Part shown: in pieces, positions 42,150 to 44,176 of the stretch
How the letters are laid out: each line of letters begins with the position of its first letter
How positions within the stretch are numbered: the first letter of the stretch is position 1
Assembly: GCA_012842575.1 (NCBI GenBank)
Contig: DUSP01000057.1
Location: 1-44,176, forward strand
DNA: 44,176 nucleotides
Direction: 5' to 3'
From: Clostridia bacterium
GTDB taxonomy: Bacteria > Bacillota > Sulfobacillia > DUSP01
The notes under the pieces: model-generated
Told to the model about the DNA's origin: nothing
What the model saw: the letters and a program-made list of their open reading frames with translations, nothing else
Databases searched by the model: none
Position numbers and translations under genes: made by a program

Positions 42150-42710
42150 TCAGGTCACGCGTTCGATGTACTCGTCGGTTCTTGTATCCACCCTTATTAC
42201 GTCACCGACTTCCACGAACAGAGGAACCTTTACCACGGCTCCCGTTTCCAGTTTAGCGGGTTTGGAACCACCCGCTGCAGTATCTCCCTTAACTCCGGGT
42301 TCTGTTTCGACTACCTTCAACTCCACGAAATTGGGAAAGTCCACTCCGAATGCCGTGCCTTCGTGAAAGAGTGCCCAGATGGACATGTTCTCTTTCAGGT
42401 ATTTCACCTTTTGCCCTATGTCATCGGCCTTCAGCGTCATCTGCTCAAAGGTCTCGGTATCCATGAACACATATTCGTCCCCTGTATTGTAAAGGTATTG
42501 CATTTCCCTCCTATCGATGTGTGCCCGCGGCAGTTTTTCGCCCGCCGCGAACGTCCTCTCCAAAACGGCACCGGTTTTCAAGTTCTTCAACTTGGTCCTA
42601 ACGAAGGCGGAACCCTTCCCCGGCTTGACGTGCTGGAACTCAACCACGGAGTAAATCTCTCCGTCGACCTCTATCGTCACACCGGTATGAAATTCGTTCG
42701 TGGAAATCAC
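42150..42710 (-). CDS. efp: Translation elongation factor P
   Basis: 186 aa. The sequence [47 protein letters not shown] is a near-invariant EF-P N-terminus that includes the modified Lys loop (KPGKG). Confidence 0.97.
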   Translation of the reverse strand: MISTNEFHTGVTIEVDGEIYSVVEFQHVKPGKGSAFVRTKLKNLKTGAVLERTFAAGEKLPRAHIDRREMQYLYNTGDEYVFMDTETFEQMTLKADDIGQKVKYLKENMSIWALFHEGTAFGVDFPNFVELKVVETEPGVKGDTAAGGSKPAKLETGAVVKVPLFVEVGDVIRVDTRTDEYIERVT

Positions 42711-42728
42711 ACTTCTCCCTCCTCCTGA

Positions 42729-43916
42729 CTATAGCACCCAGAGTTCCCTCGGGATATCGCTCAAAGCCCTGGCACCGTCTTGGGTCACCACGAAGGTATC
42801 CTCCAGGCGAACTCCTCCCCAATCGGGAAGATATATACCCGGTTCGATGGTAACTACCATACCGGGCTCGAGGATCATATCCCGATCACCACGGGCCTCT
42901 TCTTCTTTACCTTCTTTATCCGGCCTCCTCAACACAGGAAGCTCGTGAACGGCAAGGCCCACCCCGTGCCCCAACCCATGGACGAAGAACTCGCCGTAAC
43001 CCGCCTCTTCAATCACGCCCCTCGCTGAAGCGTCTACAAGAGATGCCCTGACGCCCGGCCGCAGGCTAGACGCGGCCGCCTCGTACGCCGCTTTCACCAC
43101 CTCGTAGAGGGCACGCTGTTTTTTTGACGGGGGCCCGATGACCGCTGTCCTCGTAAGATCGGCGCAATACCCATCGTAAATGGCACCTATGTCCAAGACC
43201 ACAAAGTCGCCGCTTGAGGGAGTCCTGCTGGACGGCCAAGCATGCGGCATCGCCGATCTAGGTCCCGACGCGACGATGGGTTCAAAGGCGACTCCCTCCC
43301 CGCCGAGTTCCAACGCACGCTTCTTAATCCCTATGAAGGTCTCTTTCTCCGTGGCTTTGCGCCTCAGCAAGGTAAACGCCTCGAGCATAACACCGTCGGT
43401 TATCCTTGCCGCTTTGGTTATGAGGTCGATCTCGCCGGGCTCTTTCACCGCCCGCAAAACCTTGACGGGAGAATCCTCCAGAAACAAAACCTCCACCACC
43501 GCGCCCAATCGGCGCGAGAAGGCCTTCCACATAGAAGCCGAAAACCCCGACCCCTCTACCCACAGGCAACTTATTCCCTTGGCGGTCAGGAGGTTTCCGA
43601 TGACTTCCACCTCGGACGGCCCCTTCCCTCCGGGTTTGATCGGTACCACCTCAAGTCCGCGCGTCGCCTCCTTTGCCGCGCCCAGGTTCAGTGGGTCGAC
43701 TAAAATGACGTCTATAGCTCCGAAATCAGGTCCGAGGAGAATCCGGGCGTCCCCTCTGAAGCCCGTGAGGTAGTTTATGTCCTCGGGTGAGGTGATCAGC
43801 GCGGCGCCGACGGCCGCCTCCTTCAGTCTCGCTTTGAGGCGGTGTCGTCTCCCTTCGTACGGTTCTAATTCTTCGATCTCGCCGTTGCCTTTGATCTCAC
43901 TTCTCTTTTCTGCCAT
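42729..43916 (-). CDS. pepP: Xaa-Pro aminopeptidase/dipeptidase (M24B family, YqhT-like)
   Basis: 395 aa. The metal ligands sit in the contexts VVLDIGAIYDGYCADLTRT, HGLGHGVGLAVHE, EPGMVVTIEPGIY and VRLEDT. It lies immediately upstream of efp, as in Bacillus. Confidence 0.9.
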   Translation of the reverse strand: MAEKRSEIKGNGEIEELEPYEGRRHRLKARLKEAAVGAALITSPEDINYLTGFRGDARILLGPDFGAIDVILVDPLNLGAAKEATRGLEVVPIKPGGKGPSEVEVIGNLLTAKGISCLWVEGSGFSASMWKAFSRRLGAVVEVLFLEDSPVKVLRAVKEPGEIDLITKAARITDGVMLEAFTLLRRKATEKETFIGIKKRALELGGEGVAFEPIVASGPRSAMPHAWPSSRTPSSGDFVVLDIGAIYDGYCADLTRTAVIGPPSKKQRALYEVVKAAYEAAASSLRPGVRASLVDASARGVIEEAGYGEFFVHGLGHGVGLAVHELPVLRRPDKEGKEEEARGDRDMILEPGMVVTIEPGIYLPDWGGVRLEDTFVVTQDGARALSDIPRELWVL

Positions 43917-44176
43917 TTCGCCTCGTTACGGCCTCCGCTCGCAACTTAGAATTCCCCAAAGGTTGTGGGCATTAAAAGTAACCGCGCCGTTGAAGAACGT
44001 ATCAAGCGACGTAGCGGACAATCGAAGAGACCACCTTCCCTTCAATACTCTCTTTTTCGGGGAATTCCTGCCAGCCACAAAGATGGCCCAAAAGACGGGA
44101 CCGCTGAAGCGGAAACCGCAGCTTCTCCTATTTCGGCCGGTCATAAAGATGGCCTGAAAGTCCTCCAACCCCCCCC

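Overview
All genes I can support lie on the minus strand: about 45 CDS, tightly packed, many with 4-nt ATGA/TTGA start-stop overlaps. The long plus-strand ORFs in the track look like GC-rich antisense shadows. This is core chromosome of a GC-rich, endospore-forming member of the Bacillota. Reading the minus strand from high to low coordinates, the gene order is almost collinear with known Bacillus subtilis neighbourhoods. The first block is pepP(yqhT)-efp-[acidic Zn-ribbon protein]-spoIIIAA..AH-asp23/amaP/DUF2273-nusB-[nfnAB]-folD-xseA-xseB-ispA-[OLE RNA-oapA]-dxs-tlyA-nadK-argR-recN-spoIVB-spo0A. It continues with steA-steB-GT2-GT4-hypothetical-DUF3866-nudF-endoQ-spoIIM-ald-xerD-deoB-dacF-spoIIAA-spoIIAB-sigF-[dodecin]-spoVAC. 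The most unusual element is a ~0.75 kb ORF-free, helix-dense segment between ispA and a small membrane-protein gene upstream of dxs. I interpret it as an OLE (ornate, large, extremophilic) RNA with its partner gene oapA, driven by its own near-consensus sigma-A promoter. Other points worth a second look:
- a steA/steB cell-division-type pair fused to a glycosyltransferase/unknown/DUF3866 module directly downstream of spo0A;
- an 8-unit, 11-nt phased repeat filling the spacer in front of nusB;
- a 29-bp direct repeat pair upstream of spoIIIAA;
- a GC-rich spoIIIAA/spoIIIAB junction open in two frames;
- a dodecin ORF translationally coupled to spoVAC;
- a recurring habit of short tandem duplications confined to intergenic spacers.
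I saw no rRNA, tRNA, CRISPR array, transposase or prophage genes. Every family assignment comes from motif recognition and synteny by eye, with no database search. RNA boundaries and several start codons are approximate.
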